Of a DNA stretch of 64,000 bases, positions 1-12,219 are shown piece after piece. The stretch is from positions 71,116,001 to 71,180,000 of the forward strand of contig NW_024704742.1 in NCBI RefSeq assembly GCF_018977255.1, in the 5' to 3' direction. The notes under the pieces were generated by a model that made no database searches, had not been told where the DNA came from, and saw only the letters and a program-made list of their open reading frames with translations. Source of the DNA: Callorhinchus milii (taxonomy: Eukaryota). Both the position numbers and the translations under genes were made by a program. Position 1 is the first letter of the stretch; each line of letters opens with the position of its first letter.

Positions 1-394
1 CATCTCATCCACTGGGGGTCAGAGGGTATTCCAAAGAAAACAATGATGATTAATGAGGAAAGTAAGCTTTTGTTTCATCTCTCAGAGGCCCGGCCTGTGA
101 GTAATTACTAAACTGATGTCCAGCCAGCCATTGAGGATTGGATAGGCTCGGTTCCACTATGGCCTGAGTTCAAACTGCTGATTGTGTTGCCCCCAATGAA
201 GACTTCTCTGCCACGGAGCCGTGCGGCTCAAGTTTCAGATAAAGTGCTTCGGTGAATGAAAAATGAAAGTCGATTCTCGTTTATCGACTGTGCGGCAGCT
301 CAACTCCCACCCCCTCCAAACCCCATCCCCCAATGCCTGAAATTGCAGGGATGCGGAGAACAACAGTGGTTCCAGGAAGATAAATAATATTAAA

Positions 395-660
395 AACACT
401 TGCATTTATATAGCACCCATCAGGCAGTGTCGCGTCCTAGAGCTCTCGACACTGGCGGAGCACGACACCGAGCCTGAGGGAGGAGATGACCATAGGCATG
501 CTTGAAATGGAAGATCTTCAGGCAAGACTTGAAGATGGGGAAGGAAGGGGCAAAGCGGAGGGATAGAGGAAGAGTGTTCCAGACTTTCAGGGTGTAATGT
601 CCAAAAGCACGGCCACCAATGATGGAATGGAGAGCATGAGGTACATGACGGAAGCCGGAC
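395..660 (-). mobile_element. L2 LINE 3' fragment (mirror ~19265-19530, +)
   Basis: Translates to IGGRAFGHYTLKVWNTLPLSLRFAPSFPIFKSCLK (L2 ORF2 C-terminus), followed by the GCTATATAAATGCAAG tail. Confidence 0.85.
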
Positions 661-922
661 GACGCCTCCAACAATGTAGTACTGCCTCCAGCACTACACT
701 GGACCATCAGCTTAGACTGTGAGCTCAAAGGCAACCTTCTAACTCAGGCGCGAGAGCTACCGACTGAGCCAGGCTGGCACACAGCCTGGGGGGAGTGGGA
801 GAGGGAAGGTTCAACACCAGAACTCTGTCAACACTGACCTGGATGATGCCACAGTAAAATGAACAAGCGAGAGGCGAGACTGAGAGGAAATACTGTATAC
901 ATGTATGTATTTTTCCCCACAG

Positions 923-1034
923 ACTAGGGCCGAAGTGGAACCAATTCAGAGAGAAAGCAGCTCACGATGTGATGATTAACATCTCTATCAAGGAGCTGGT
1001 GCTTAGGAACGGGGCCTCTAATGCATACGACAAG
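923..1034 (+). other. Candidate internal exon, product unknown (mirror 18891-19002, -)
   Basis: TTTTTCCCCACAG acceptor, a single open frame LGPKWNQFREKAAHDVMINISIKELVLRNGASNAYDK in non-repeat sequence, and an AAG|GTGCAG donor. Not recognised as a known protein. Confidence 0.22.
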
Positions 1035-1319
1035 GTGCAGACCATGGAATTACAGCATCAAAACCAGTAATAATAATCATAATCCCTTACAATTCATACA
1101 ACCCCTACAAACCTCACAACCTCCCAAAGTACTTCACAGAGTAACTATCAGGTGTAGTGACTGTGTAGCTTGCACACACCATTTTGCATACTTATTTGGG
1201 GGATTATTGGCTAGGACACCAGGAGAGAGAATCTCCCTTCTCTTTTCTAACAGCATCATGGGGGGAATTGGGATCAGTGTCAGCCTGACTCAGTCAGGAG
1301 CACTCTTTCTCCTCCAAAT

Positions 1320-1765
1320 CAACAACTTGGATTTATATAGCACACTTCACGTAAGGCCGCATCTCAGAGCGTTTAACAGTCGCAGAGCCTGACACCGAGC
1401 TGGGGGAAGGGAGGAGGTGACCCTAAGCACAGTCAAAGAGGAAGCTCTTCAGTCCTAATCTAAAAGTGGGGAAGGAGGGAGCAAGGTGGAGGGATTGAGC
1501 GAGAGAGTTCCAAAGCTCCGGGGTCTGGTGGCTAAAAGCATTGCCACCAAAGGTGGAACGAAGGGGATGAGGGACAAGCAGGAAGCTGGACCCAGCAGAG
1601 CAGAGGTAGCATGCAGTAGAGTTGAGAAGAAGCAAGTCAGAAAGGTAGGGAAATGCCAGGACGTGAGACGAGTGAGAGGATCTTGAAATTGATCCGTTCG
1701 GTAATTGGGAGCCAGTGATACCCGGCGAGGACTGATGTGATGGGGATACGGAGTTTAGTGTGGGT
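1320..1765 (-). mobile_element. L2 LINE 3' fragment (mirror ~18160-18605)
   Basis: FGGNAFSHQTPELWNSLAQSLHLAPSFPTFRLGLKSFLFD, upstream degenerate HWLP..RI.FK motif, and L2 tail. Confidence 0.85.
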
Positions 1766-1769
1766 GGTG

Positions 1770-2185
1770 GAGTCGGAAGATTGTGGGTTCAAGCCCTATG
1801 GTGGGACACTTCGCTCATGTTCAAGGCTAACATTCCAGTGCAGTGCTCGGGGGTGGGGGTTGAAGGGGGAAGTACCATATTGTTAGAGATGCCAATCTTT
1901 GGTTATGAGAGGATAATCAAAAACTAAATACCTGCTCAAGTGATGTTAAAGATCCTGTGGTGCTGTTTGAAAAGAGAAGAGAGTTTCTCTCTCATGGTAG
2001 CCAACGTGAGTGATAAAACTTGTCACTCACTTCATGGCTGTTTGTGTGACGTTCCTGTGCACAAATTGGTTGCTGCTTTCGCCTAGAAAATACAGTCACT
2101 ACATTTTACAAAAAATCCTGTGAAGTACTTTGAGAACTTTTGTCACTGTGTTGAACTGCTATATCAAATACAAGGATTATGATTA
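1770..2185 (+). mobile_element. Deu-domain SINE (SacSINE1-like)
   Basis: GAGTCGGAAGATTGTGGGTTCAAGCCC head, CAGTGCAGTGCT...GTTAAAGATCC core, CTATATCAAATACAAGGATTAT tail. Confidence 0.8.
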
Positions 2186-2231
2186 TATTTTCAATGGTTA
2201 AGGAGAGGCCTAATTGAGGTCCTTAAAATAT

Positions 2232-2597
2232 AATAATAATATAATCCTTGCATTTGATATAGCGCTTCATCACATCTCCTAGATGTCTCAAAGGGCTTCA
2301 TCGAATATATTGTTTAGAGAATTGACTGTATTTTGTGGGCAAAATGCAGCAACCAATTGCATATAGCAGTGTCCCACAAACAGTCGTGGCTTGAGTGACC
2401 AAATTTATTTTTTTGAAGGAATTATTACCCCCGGAAAGTGATCCGCCAATTGAATAACAACTGAGTTCCTACTTACTGCTAGGAATCAGAGATGTGTGGA
2501 GTAAGGAAACTTGCCTAACGTTTCGACCTGCCGGGGATTGAACCCGGGTCCTCTCGTTTGCGAGGTGACTGAGCTAACCACCATACTACAGGACTCC
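2232..2597 (-). mobile_element. Full-length tRNA-headed CORE-like SINE (left-arm version)
   Basis: Minus strand starts GGAGTCCTGTAG, has a B box (GGGTTCAATCCCC) and TTAGGCAAGTTTCCTTACTCCAC core, and ends CAAATGCAAGGATTAT(TAT)n. Confidence 0.92.
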
Positions 2598-2604
2598 AGA
2601 AAAA

Positions 2605-2760
2605 TTAGTCCATAACATGATGAGGGGCTTCCTGGGTTTGCAGGAGAAATTATTTCCATTGGTCTGTGAGTCAGTGACTAGAGGACATCAATTTAAGATA
2701 GTTAGCAAGAGAGCAAAGGGAGAGATTTTAACACATAGCGTTGTAGGGATATGGATACCC
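2605..2760 (+). mobile_element. CR1 LINE ORF2 C-terminal fragment (mirror ~17176-17331)
   Basis: MRGF..EKLFPLVCESVTRGHQFKIVSKR, containing the CR1 TRGH motif. Confidence 0.8.
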
Positions 2761-3029
2761 CAGCAGGGTCCCAATCATCTTTCAAGATGGAACTACAACA
2801 GCAACAACAAGATTACATTTGTATAGCGCCTTTTAAGTCGGGAGGACGACCCAATACCCTGGACAGTGTGCAACATTTCAGACCCAAGCTGGGGTCGGCG
2901 AGGGAGAAAGGAGGGGAGGGGAAGGGGAGTGACCGATGGCACGGTTGCAGAGGAGGGTCTTGAGATAGAGATAGATATCTAAAGAAAACCATATAAATAC
3001 TTTGTAATTAATAATGCTGTATAATACTT

Positions 3030-3443
3030 CTCTTTGATATGTCAGTTTTCATGTTAGGAGAACCTCTCAAAGCGCTTTAGAGGATTCACTGTAAAATGTA
3101 GTGATTCTATCTGTGGGTGAACATGGCAGCTAATTTGGGCATAGTGACATACCCACAAACAGCCACAAAGTTATTTTATTTGGGGATTGTTGACCATGAC
3201 ACCAGAAGAGAGAAATGACTTCTCTTTTCGGGAAGTGCCATAAGGTCTTTAACAGCCACCTGAACAGGCAGCCGGGTTTAATGTCTCATCTGAAGGATGC
3301 CACCTCCAACAATACAGCGCTTCCCCAGCACTGCATTGGAGTGTCAGCTTAGAGGATGTGATTCCAAGTCCTGACGTGGGCCTTGAACCCACAACCTTCT
3401 GACTCAGAGGCAAGAGCGTTACCACTGAGCCAGACTAACACAC
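3030..3443 (-). mobile_element. Deu-domain SINE, near full length (mirror ~16493-16905, +)
   Basis: Mirror reads GTGTGTTAGTCTGGCTCAGTGGTAACGCTCTTGCCTCTGAGTCAGAAGGTTGTGGGTTCAAG, followed by the Deu core. Confidence 0.85.
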
Positions 3444-4096
3444 AAATTTTATCTTGGTCATTGTTGATGAGGGCACTGAGAAAGAAGAAACTCCTTTCTC
3501 TTTTCACATAGGGCCGTGGGACCTTTAGCGTCCACCTGATGGGAGCTCATCAGAAGGTCTATATCTCAGACAATGCAGTGTTTCCCCCAGCACTGCATTG
3601 GAGCATCAGTCCAGACTTTCCTGAAACTCCCATCCTTGATTCCCCCCACTACACCCCCACTCCGTGCACTCCTTTATATTTTTTCTCTTATTTATCTGAA
3701 TCTCTTCCAACAATCTCTCATTGATTGTACTTAAATCCATATCCAATGCCAACACTTACTCTGGGTTCAAGCACCTCCCCCACCACCCCCATATCAGGAA
3801 CAGTCTAGACTGACTCTCCAACATGGAACAGGGAGGGAGAATGGATGGGGATAAGGTGCACTACATTGTCAGAAGCACCAACCTTCGGAAGTGACATTTG
3901 GTTGAGGCCCTGTCCGTGCATGTTCAGTTGGAAGTTAAAGATAATAATAATAATGCTTGCATTTGATATATCACCATTGAGATGTTTCAAAGCGCTTCAA
4001 AGAATATATTGTAAAGTGGATTGATTGCATATTTTGAAATATAAGAGACAATAAAGTGCTTCCCCAGCACTGCATTGAAGTGTTATAGAAGAGACA

Positions 4097-4545
4097 TCTT
4101 ATCACATCTAGGCTTGATTATGGCAACTCCCTGCTTGTTGGCCTTCCCAGCTCTTCTCTCCACAAGCTGCAGATCATCCAGATCTCTACAGCTTGTGTCC
4201 TCTCCTGCACCAGGTTCCATGACCCCATCACCCCAACCCTCGCCAGGCTCCACTGGCTCCCCATCCCTCAGAGGATAGAGTTCAAAATCCTCATCCTTGC
4301 CTTCAAGGCTCTCCACGGTCTTGCTCCTTCCTACCTTTGTGACCTGCTAACCCCATATCAACATGTCCGCCCCTCCACTCAACAGTCTCTGGCCTGCTCC
4401 ATGGTCCCCCCGCGGGGCCCCACCATTTGGAATTCCAACTCAGAGTCCCTTTGCGTCGCTCCCTCCCTTGTCTTCTTCAAGATACGTCTCAAGACTCTTC
4501 TCTTCGACTTTGCCTTCGGCCATCCTCCTCCTCCACCTCCCCCTG
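4097..4545 (+). mobile_element. L2 LINE ORF2 3' fragment (mirror ~15390-15840)
   Basis: Degenerate SRLDYGNS...LHKLQIIQ...LHWLPIPQRIEFKILILAFKALHGLAPSYL. Confidence 0.88.
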
Positions 4546-5483
4546 ATCCTATTTGAGGTATACTTTAAATGAATCGGATATATTTTGTAGGCTAAAGGTG
4601 GCAGCCAATTACACACAGCAGTATCCCACACACAGTCGTGGATTGAGTGATCTTTCACGTTGAGAAGATGTCTCATTTTGTAAATGAACGTAATAATGCT
4701 ATCAACTGCAAAGAGTGTGGTTAATATTGTATTATTGTATTAGCGTATCGCTTTCCAGAGGTAACAATCCCTCAAAAAAAATTGGTCTTTAAATCCACAA
4801 CTGTTTGTGGGACATGGCTGTGCGCAATTGGCTGCCGTGTTTCAAACCCAAAATACAGTCAATTTATGTGACAATTTTTTTTGTGAAGCGATATGAGATG
4901 TCTCAACAATGTGATAAGGTGCTATATCAAATGCAAGGATTACTATTATTGTTGTTTTGCAATCTGTCAGAGGGAGAGACAGACAACTTAAAGCCATGAG
5001 ACAGTGTCATAACATAAGAACATAAGAATTTGCTAGACAAAAGAAGACTAAGGTCCCTCCAGGTTGCTTTCCACCATCCTAGCAGTCGCTTGACATATCG
5101 TGTCCCAAACTATATACTGTATCCCGAGATATTGATTCCTAACAGAAATCTATCTAATTTGTTCTTGAAAGAATCATCATTTTTTGCTTCCACCGTCTCC
5201 CTGGTGAATTCACTTTACAGTGTATTCTGTGAAGCACTTTGTGACGTCTTAATAATGTGATAAGCGCTATATCAAATGCGAGGATTATTATTATTATACA
5301 TTCTATCAGAGACAGCTGACTGAAGACTTAAAGGCGTGAGACAGTGACATACACCTGAGTAAACAGCACAGCTAACTCACAGCAAACTATATCTGGTGAT
5401 TGAGGGGCATGGGAAACGGGAAGATGAGTTGGAGACTTATGCGGAGTAGAAATATTTCCAAGAATTTTTATTTTCTGTTGCAG

Positions 5484-5639
5484 ATAAGTCCAGTGTAACA
5501 ATGTCTGACACCAGTAAAGTCCTCATCACTCCATCCATGTTACTGAAGATGTCATCGAACATGGTGACGGATTATTATCTGCCATGAAAATGATGGCGCT
5601 CACTCACACTGATCCTCTGGACATCTAAATACAATTAAA
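5484..5639 (+). other. Candidate terminal exon, product unknown (mirror 14297-14452, -)
   Basis: TTTTTATTTTCTGTTGCAG acceptor; the only long open frame is (D)KSSVTMSDTSKVLITPSMLLKMSSNMVTDYYLP* with stop at 5585-5587; ATTAAA at 5634-5639. Confidence 0.25.
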
Positions 5640-5889
5640 CACTTGTACTGACAACAATTAAGTACTTCTATATACAGTTATCATCATTCTTCCATATGTT
5701 ATTTTGCATTTTGCCCACAAAATATATCGTAGTGTACCCTGTGAAGCGCTTTGAAACGTCTCTAAGATATGATATTGCGCTATATCAAATGCAAGGATTA
5801 TTATTATGTTTCAATTGCTAGTGCACTGTAGACAAAAACATGGGGGTAACAGGACTTTTTAACACCTTGTACCATATCTCATCCGAGTA

Positions 5890-6140
5890 ACAGCACGTCC
5901 GAAAGTGCAGATGGAACTCCATCCTGAAGTCTCTCCAGCTTGTCAACAACCTTCCCCACTTTTGAAGCCCCTTAATACCTTCCTTTTTATCAGAGCTTTT
6001 GGGGGTCACCTTTAACCATCCCCACTCTTCTGAGCTCCGCCGCGCCCCCAGCCTGGGCTGCCAGCCAACTCTGTAAAGCTCTTTGAGATCTTGCCCCAAT
6101 GTGAATTGCACTGTGTGAATCTAAAATTGTAGTTATTATT
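5890..6140 (+). mobile_element. Old L2 3' end
   Basis: ATGGAACTCCATCC...CTTAATACCTTCCTTTTT...TGTAAAGCTCTTTGAGATC tail. Confidence 0.7.
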
Positions 6141-8369
6141 GCAGGCTATCTTATAATTATCACAACTTGCTTTGGACTCACCAACAAGTGGAAACAGCCT
6201 ATCGACATCTACATAATTGGAGTGGAATGCGCACTCCCTCTCTCTCTCTCCTTGGAGGGACATATCTTGCTTCCTGAATTCCAGAGAGTATTGGGCACAG
6301 GTTGGCAACAGCCAAGGCTTGGGGGTCCCTTTGGTACAGTATGTGTAAAGGAGGAAGGAGTGAGTTGTGAGCAGGAGATCAATGATGAAACTGTGCCTGT
6401 GAACTTGTAAGGTGTTTTGTTTTTCAGCACAATCAAAGTTTAGGAAGAGACCTAAAGACCTGTGTCATCTTTTCTCCACCCCTGTTTATCCTCTCATTTT
6501 GGTGATATATGGCTCTCCCCCAGGAGGTGAGAGCTCAAACTGCAGAATGGGTCCATGAGAGACTGATATCCCATCAACACCCAAAGGTCATCCCGTCACA
6601 GACACCCAAAGACAAACCTAACAGTGGTTCAGTCAGCATTGCTCTCGCCTCTGGGTCAGAAGGTTTAAGCCCCACTTTGAGCCTTTGAGCTCATAGTCCA
6701 GACCGACCCTCTAGTGCAGTGCTTGGGGGGACACTGTATTATGGGAGGCTCTATCCTTTTGATGAAACGATAAACTGAGATCCTATCTGTGCCCTGTTCA
6801 GGTGGACGTTAAAGATCCCTCAAAATTTTCTCCCTGCTCAGACATCTCTGTGAAGTCCTGCAAGACCTAAGAAAAAAATTAATGAATTAGTTAATCTTTA
6901 TCGCGTTGTTGAGACGTCTCAAAGCACTTCACAGAATATATTGCAATGTGGATTGACTGTGTATTTAGTGGGTGAAACATGGCAGCCAATTGTGCACAGC
7001 ACTGTCCTGCAAACAGTCATGGATTGAGTAACCAAATTATTAATATATCTTTTCATTATTACCTACGATTACTAGCTCCTGAGCTCCTTGTTGGGGGAGA
7101 GAGGGGGTGGGGCAGGACAGTAAATAGAAACTACACACAGAACGAACGTCATTCAAAGTTGTATGAAATTTGTTGTCCAAATGCGTTGTTGTGAAGCTCT
7201 GAGACAACAGTAACAAGAAATGACAAGTGTGCTATCAGGAGGACATCCCAAATTCCTGGACAGTCAGGGATTTGGACCCAAGCTGGGAGATGAGATCAGG
7301 AGGGGTGGAAGGCACAGAGGGTAGGGGTAGGAGGGTGAATCAAAGGCGCTGTTAGTCATTGTGAAGCTCCAAGACGTCTGCAGGGTATGAACAACACTGT
7401 TGACATGGTGAGAGATACCTTGAGGCCTGAGCCATGGATTTGATGTCCTCCTCACTATCAAAGTGCAGTATAATAATAATCTTTATATTGGATATGGAAC
7501 CTTATCATGTCTTTGAGATGTCTCAAAGCGCTTCACAGAATATACTGTGAAGTGAATTGATTGTGTTTTGTGGGCGTTGTCCTGTCTGACATAAACAACG
7601 CTGTGTGACAAGCTTGGGCTTTTAAATAATTTATCATTTTTATTGAGGTGACATTTCAACATAAAAAACAGGAGGTGTGCGTGCAAGAGAACCGAGCGGG
7701 TGTGGGGAGGCGAGTCCTTAACATCCCCTCACTGCCCCAAACCCAGCTAAAAAGATTCAAATCACATCCCAATCCATTATCTTTTCTCGTTTGTTTGAAG
7801 ATGACTTTTTTACGTGATTTTTTTTGTGGGGCGGGGACATTAAGCATTTAATGTCTTAATAATGTCTTATCAATTTTCTGTCTTTTTTCTTTTGCTTAAA
7901 TCACTTTCCCTCTCTCTCTTTCATCTCTTTCCCCTTATTGGTGAGTGTACACCCAGCGATTGCCTTCTCTCTGCCTCTTTCTCACCATGACACAGTTTGC
8001 GAATCACACGTTTGGCTATTTTTTTGAGGCAGACCAAATGTTGAAAGCGGGATTTGCATTTGAAAGTGACTGTATGTGTGTGTGTGTGTGTGGGTGGAGG
8101 AGAGCGAAGGTTGATAGCACTGAATGGCGATGCCTGGGGTGAAGTAGTGAGACACGTGTGCAGAGAGCTACTACGAGTGATATCTTTGCTAATCTCAATG
8201 TCAGTTTAACTTCTTCACTCCCCAAGTGGAAACATTGCTATCTGTCCTGGTCTTTCGGGCTGACAAACCATTTCCCAAATTTCACATCAGCCAGAATTAG
8301 GGACAAGCCTTCAATCCACTCTTAATTAAAAAGCCGGTTTTCAAGCTTAAACTTAAGAAACCAAAATTA

Positions 8370-8800
8370 ATAATAAATAATCCTTGCATTTGATGTAACA
8401 CTTTTCACATGGGGTGGATGTTTCAAAGTACTCCACAGGAAACATTAAAAAGTGTGGTGACCATATTTTTGTAGGCAAACGCAGCTGCCAATTTGTACAC
8501 AGCAACATCCCACAAACAGGCATGGAGTGAGTGATCAATTTTCTGGCAGATTATTAGCCAGGATACCAGAAGAGAGAAACTTCCTCCTCCTTTTGAACAG
8601 CATCGCAGAGATCTTTAACGACCGCCTCAACAGGCACAAACAGGATCTTGGTTTAATGCTTCATCTGAAGGACGTCGCCTCCGACAATGCAGCACTCCTC
8701 CCAGCCCTGCACTGGAGTATCAGCCCGGACTGTGAGCTCAAAGTCACGACTTCGGGCTTGAACCACAACCTTCTGACTCTGAGGCGAAAGCACTACCGGC
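8370..8800 (-). mobile_element. Deu-domain SINE
   Basis: ATAATCCTTGCATTTGAT tail through ...AACCTTCTGACTCTGAGGCGAAAGCACTACC head. Confidence 0.85.
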
Positions 8801-9214
8801 ATGTCTTAATTGCTCCAAATGAAGAATTGTGATTAGTTCTTCACAGCTATCTCCTGTGAAAATGTTTTGACACATTTCAATCTTATCAGCAGTGTGGCAA
8901 AGACCAGGACTATTATTATTATCATTTTATATTTCAGGACAAAATGGTTCTATAAGCTAGGTCTAGGGGTAATTTTTTGGCCTAAGAAGCCTTCAAGCTA
9001 CAATAATTTACATTTATATACAGTTGTGCCTCTCACATTTGGAGGACATCTCAAAGCACTTCAGAAAAAGGGATTTCCACCATTAATAACAATAATCCTT
9101 ACATTTGATATAGCACCTTATCGGTTTGTTATGGCGTCCAGTGCATTGGGATGTCCTTCCGACTTGAAAGGCGCTATACAAATGTAAATGTGTTGTTGTT
9201 GTTGGTGTTGCTGT

Positions 9215-9562
9215 CTCAAAGTGCTTCACAGAATATACTGTAAAGTGAGTTGACTGTACATTTTATGGGCGAAATGCAACAGCTAATTGCACACAGCAGT
9301 GTCCCACAAACAGTCATCGATTGAGTGATCAAATTATTATTTTTTAAATTATTTTTTGTGGGAGAGATGATTACTCCTGGAAAGTGATCCGTCAATCTAC
9401 TAACAACTGGGTTCATACTTACTGCTTGGTAAACAACAACAACAACAACAACAACACCAACAAGATTACATTTGACAGAGACATGTAGGGTAAGGAAACT
9501 TGCCTAATATTTCGCCTCAACTGGGAATTGTGACGCAAGCACACTGACCACTGTCCTACGGA
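9215..9562 (-). mobile_element. CORE-like SINE interrupted by a short L2-type (AAC)n tail at ~9432-9475
   Basis: Family motifs GTCCCACAAACAGTC and GTAAGGAAACTTGCCTAA, with an (AAC)n + AAGATTACATTTG insert. Confidence 0.8.
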
Positions 9563-9887
9563 TTTAAGTCTTCGTATATGAGCTATAGAAAGTTCCATTG
9601 TCATTTCGTCCGCCCCCTCTCCTCTCCGCCCGCCCCCAGAATGGTCAGACAATTGAACCTTGTAAATAAAAAACCTGTAAGCGTACAGATGGGACAGATT
9701 ACCAAGCGTAAAGGACAGGTTTAAAGAGGGGCAAGAACTGAGGAACAGATGTTACAAATTCGCTCATTCATCTTTGGTGATACAGGTTCAACTGCAGGCC
9801 AGACATGGGTGTGGGTTCCTACCTCTGTCTGGGAGTTAAAGGTCAGGGGGAACAGCGCTTTGGCACCGTGAAGTCAGTTTGAGACAC

Positions 9888-10270
9888 GGGGAGAGAGAGA
9901 GAGAAAGAGAGGGAAAACCAGATGGAAAATAGAGAAAAAGGAGTAAGTGAGAGTGAGAGAAATAGAATATGAGAGGAGTGAGTGAGAGGGAGCGAGAGAA
10001 AGAAAGAATGAGTGACAGAGCGCGAGAGAGAAGAGGAAGAAAACGAGGGAGGCAGAAAATGAGAAAAAATGAGAGTAAGTGAGAGTGAGAGAAAAAGAAT
10101 GAGAGAATGAGAGGAGAGAGAAAGAGACAGAGAGAATGAGAATGAGAGAGAGAGAGAGAAAGAGAGGGAAAGAGGAAGAGAATGAGTGAGAAAAAGAAAT
10201 AAAGAGAGAGAGAGAGGACGAGAGAGAGAGAGAAAGAGACAATGAGAGAAAATATATAAAGTCAGAGTGA
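9888..10270. repeat. GA-rich polypurine low-complexity tract
   Basis: Degenerate (GA)n/GAGAAT sequence, source of the spurious Ser/Leu/Phe ORFs. Confidence 0.95.
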
Positions 10271-10499
10271 GAAATTTTATTCGGGGAATTGTTGGCCAAG
10301 ACACTGGGAAAGAGAAACTCCCTTTTCCTTTCGAATAGTGTCATAGGTTCCTTAACTTCCCACCCGAAGGACAGCGCTTCCGACAATGCAACACACCCCC
10401 AGCACTGCATTGCAGCATCTCTTTAGACTGTGTGATTTCAAGTCCCAACGTGGGCCTTGAATCCATAACCTTCTGATTCAGAGGCGAGAATGCTACCAC

Positions 10500-10858
10500 T
10501 GAATGAGATTATGTGTGTGTGTGTGAGAGAGAATGAGATTGTGTGAGTGTGTGTGAGAGAGAATGAGACTGTGTGAGTGTGAGAGAGAATGAGATTATAT
10601 GTGTGTGTGAGAGAGAATGAGATTGTGTGAGTGTGTGTGAGAGAGAATGAGACTGTGAGTGTGAGAGAGAGAATGAGATTATGTGTGTGTGAGAGAGAAT
10701 GAGATTGTATGAGTGTGTGTGAAAGAATGAGATTGTGTGTGTGTGTGAGAGAGAATGAGATTGTGTTTGTGAGTGTGTGTGAGAAAGAGAATGAGATTAT
10801 GTGAGCGTGTGTGAGAGATAATGGGACTGTGTGTGTATGAGAGAGAGAATGAGTTTAT
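10500..10858. repeat. Minisatellite, ~26-32 bp unit GAGAGAGAATGAGATT(GT)n
   Basis: About 12 tandem units. The array resumes at ~11201 after a SINE insertion. Confidence 0.92.
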
Positions 10859-10863
10859 AAATA

Positions 10864-11203
10864 AATAATAATATAATCCTTGCATTTGATATAGCGCTTC
10901 ATCACATCTCCTAGACATCTCAACGCACTTTGCAGCATATACTATAAAGTGAATTGACTGTATATTTTGTGCGCGAAATGCGGCAGCCAATTTGCGCACA
11001 ACTGTGTCCCAAAACAGTCATGGATTGAAGTGACCAAATGATTATTATTATTTTTGAAGGGATTATTACCCCGGAAAGCGATCCGCCAATCGACCAGCAA
11101 CCAGGTTCCTACTTACTGCTAGGTAAACAGAAGCGTGTGGAGTAATTAAATTTGCTTAAGGTTTCTCCCTGCCCGATAATCAAACCCGAATCCTCTCGCT
11201 TGA
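10864..11203 (-). mobile_element. CORE-like SINE inserted in the minisatellite (spacer copy)
   Basis: Tail AATCCTTGCATTTGATATAGCG, core CTACTTACTGCTAGGTAAACAG, head truncated at CCTCTCGCTTG. Confidence 0.9.
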
Positions 11204-11659
11204 GAGAATGAGATTATGTGTGTGAGTGTATGTGTGTGAGAATATGTGTGTGAGCGAGTGTGTGTGTGATTATGTGTGAGAGTGAGTGTGTGCGTCATTA
11301 AATGTGTAAGTGTGTAGCTTATAAGTAGAGAGCACTATTGTCTAACTCTGAGATCAACAAGAAACCAGTGAGATGCGTGTTACACTGAAACCACCTCAGA
11401 TCTTAACCACATTTTCCTCTCTCACAGGTGATAACATACGCTGACGGTCAGGGGGTGCAAAATAGGCAGCGCGTTTTTCCCAAGTTAGAGAGGCACTGAG
11501 ATTACACACTGAGAAAGAGACCATTAACACAGCCTGGCCAAGGGGAGAGGGAGCTGTTACCTGAATATTGGGCAGTACTATTAAATGCAAGGATTTTATT
11601 ATAATCCCAGTGAGACTGGGTAACACAACATAAACCAGAGAGACACAGTCACACAGACA

Positions 11660-11796
11660 GGCATGGGAAAAAGAGAGAAAGAGAAAAAAGGGGTGAGAGA
11701 GAATGAAAGAGTGCAAGAGGAAATAAAGATAGATAGATGTGGGAGAGAGAGAGAAAAAGATGAATAGAGAGACATTGGAAAGAGAAAGAGAGAATA

Positions 11797-11831
<35 letters not shown>

Positions 11832-12219
11832 TGTGGGGAAAAGAAAGAAAGAAAGAAAGAAAGAAAAAGGAAGGAAGGAAGGAAGGAAGAAAGAAAGAAA
11901 GAAAGAAAGAGACATAGAAAAAAGATGAGTAAATGAAGATAGAAAGAGAAGTGAAAGAGAAAGAGTGAATTAGAGAGAAAATGAGATAGATGAGAAAGGA
12001 GAGAAGATGTGAAGATCTTTTCTGGAAGACAGAGGGAGAGAAAGGCAGAAGAAAGGAAAAAAGGGCAAGAAAGAGGCCAGAGTAGAGAAAAGAGAAAAAG
12101 AGGAGTGAGTGAAGAACACATGGAGATGAAGGAAGTGTGAGAGGGGAGAAAAAACAGGGGGAAGAAGTGACAGAGAGAAAGATAAGAAAAGTCAACAAAG
12201 TACTGTAAAAGGAGGGAAA
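11660..12219. repeat. Polypurine/(TA)n/(GAAA)n/(GGAA)n tract abutting the inner breakpoint of the right arm
   Basis: Direct inspection. Confidence 0.93.

Larger units (their letters stand above)
1..7713 (+). repeat. Left arm of large inverted duplication (>=7.7 kb, outer end beyond window)
   Basis: Reverse complement of 12220-19925. Mirrored ORFs have near-constant coordinate sums (420..734/19192..19506; 4805..4999/14937..15131; 7483..7686/12247..12450). Identity stops after GGGGAGGCGA at 7713. Confidence 0.98.

Noticed and set aside
11428..11500. Strong acceptor (CATTTTCCTCTCTCACAG) followed by VITYADGQGVQNRQRVFPKLERH*
   Set aside because: No recognisable homology or convincing donor/polyA signal; cannot be supported from sequence alone.
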